Positions 44,216 to 44,707 of a stretch of DNA of 44,707 nt are shown in pieces (positions within the stretch are counted from its first letter, which is position 1; each line of letters starts with the position of its first letter). Origin of the DNA: Escherichia phage phiEco273. Made by a program: the position numbers and the translations under genes. The notes beneath the pieces are model-generated. The model was given only the letters and a program-made list of their open reading frames with translations. It was not told the origin of the DNA and searched no databases. The stretch lies in sequence record PP786691.1; one strand, given 5' to 3'.

Positions 44216-44428
44216 CTAAACGGCGCGACCGTAGTATCGGGTTAACATGCTTTCTACTTCGCGTATTGCGCCTTCTGTGTAGCGTATTTGCGATAGTATC
44301 TCGATCCGTTCGCTGATAGACATGCCTACCGCCGCTGCCGTTCGTTCGAATCGGCGCAAGCCTTCGAGTTGTTTGCGTAATTCCTTCAGGCGTGTGGCCT
44401 GCGTGCTCATGAATACTTGTCTAATCAT
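44216..44428 (-). CDS. hypothetical protein (70 aa)
   Basis: ATG overlaps upstream stop (ATGA). Confidence 0.4.
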   Translation of the reverse strand: MIRQVFMSTQATRLKELRKQLEGLRRFERTAAAVGMSISERIEILSQIRYTEGAIREVESMLTRYYGRAV

Positions 44429-44707
44429 TTCAACATTTCCGGGCTAATGGTTAAGCGCGCTACTTCGCCGTAGTTGGCGCTATAGGTGATGACGTTTGCG
44501 CTGCGACCGGACATCCAACCACCACGACTGGCGTAGGCGTCTTTCGCTGCGAGCGTCCGGTGCTGTTCAACAATCATGTTGCGGGATTCTACAATCTTCT
44601 GGTGGTGCAAGTGGCCTACGTGCGCGTAGCTGTACTCACTGGCCCCGAAAGCCTGTCTGAATTTAGAAATCATGACGGTTTCGATAGCGTCAAAGCGCGC
44701 TTTATGC
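44425..44707 (-). CDS. Calcineurin-like metallophosphoesterase, C-terminal part (continuation of 1..860 across the window junction)
   Basis: Reading frame stays open to the last base of the window and is in phase with the ORF leaving coordinate 1 (...FFHHG|HKARFDAIETVMISKF...); contains GHLHH motif. Confidence 0.7.
   Translation of the reverse strand, partial: HKARFDAIETVMISKFRQAFGASEYSYAHVGHLHHQKIVESRNMIVEQHRTLAAKDAYASRGGWMSGRSANVITYSANYGEVARLTISPEMLK

Noticed and set aside
1-44707. Integrase, excisionase or CI-type repressor (prophage / temperate lifestyle) and tRNA genes
   Set aside because: No ORF with tyrosine or serine recombinase hallmarks and no attachment-site-like flanking repeats were seen; no cloverleaf-like tRNA candidates were recognised by eye. 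A formal tRNAscan/HMM search was not possible.

Overview
The window reads as a complete, circularly closed genome (44,707 bp) of a tailed, siphovirus-like phage of enterobacteria, not a chromosomal segment. The key evidence is that one minus-strand ORF runs in frame off coordinate 1 and continues at coordinate 44707 (calcineurin-like phosphoesterase motifs on both sides). No integrase, excisionase or CI-like repressor was recognised, so it looks like a virulent or at least non-integrative phage. All calls are by eye from the six-frame track and motif recognition; no database search or structure prediction was run. Layout: (i) a minus-strand lysis/accessory operon 3890->957 (two holin-like proteins, GH24-type endolysin) that continues across the junction into the phosphoesterase; (ii) a minus-strand early operon 6973->4370 (HTH regulator, primase/helicase); (iii) a divergent promoter hub at 6975-7375; (iv) a plus-strand early/replication operon 7376->19493 (acidic repeat protein, Cas4-like nuclease, gp2.5-like SSB, family A DNA polymerase, VRR-NUC, SNF2 helicase, minimal C5-MTase-like protein, Dam-like MTase, HAD phosphatase); (v) a minus-strand late morphogenesis operon 44098->19521 in lambda-like order (TerS, TerL, portal, head morphogenesis, spanins, scaffold, major capsid, connectors, major tail, G/GT chaperone with a -1 frameshift, tape measure, M, L, K, I, J, tail fiber). 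The most unusual, unexplained features are: two copies of a ~185-bp element (GC hairpin plus arrays of the heptamer GTCCCGC) at 4106-4290 and 32399-32712; a genome-wide TTGGTTGC / TTGGT-N5-ACCAA motif family in promoter regions; two plus-strand cassettes embedded against the grain of the late operon (lipoprotein + 311-aa protein at 22278-23443; a 254-aa protein at 38330-39094); and a frame discontinuity at the 5' end of the major capsid gene.
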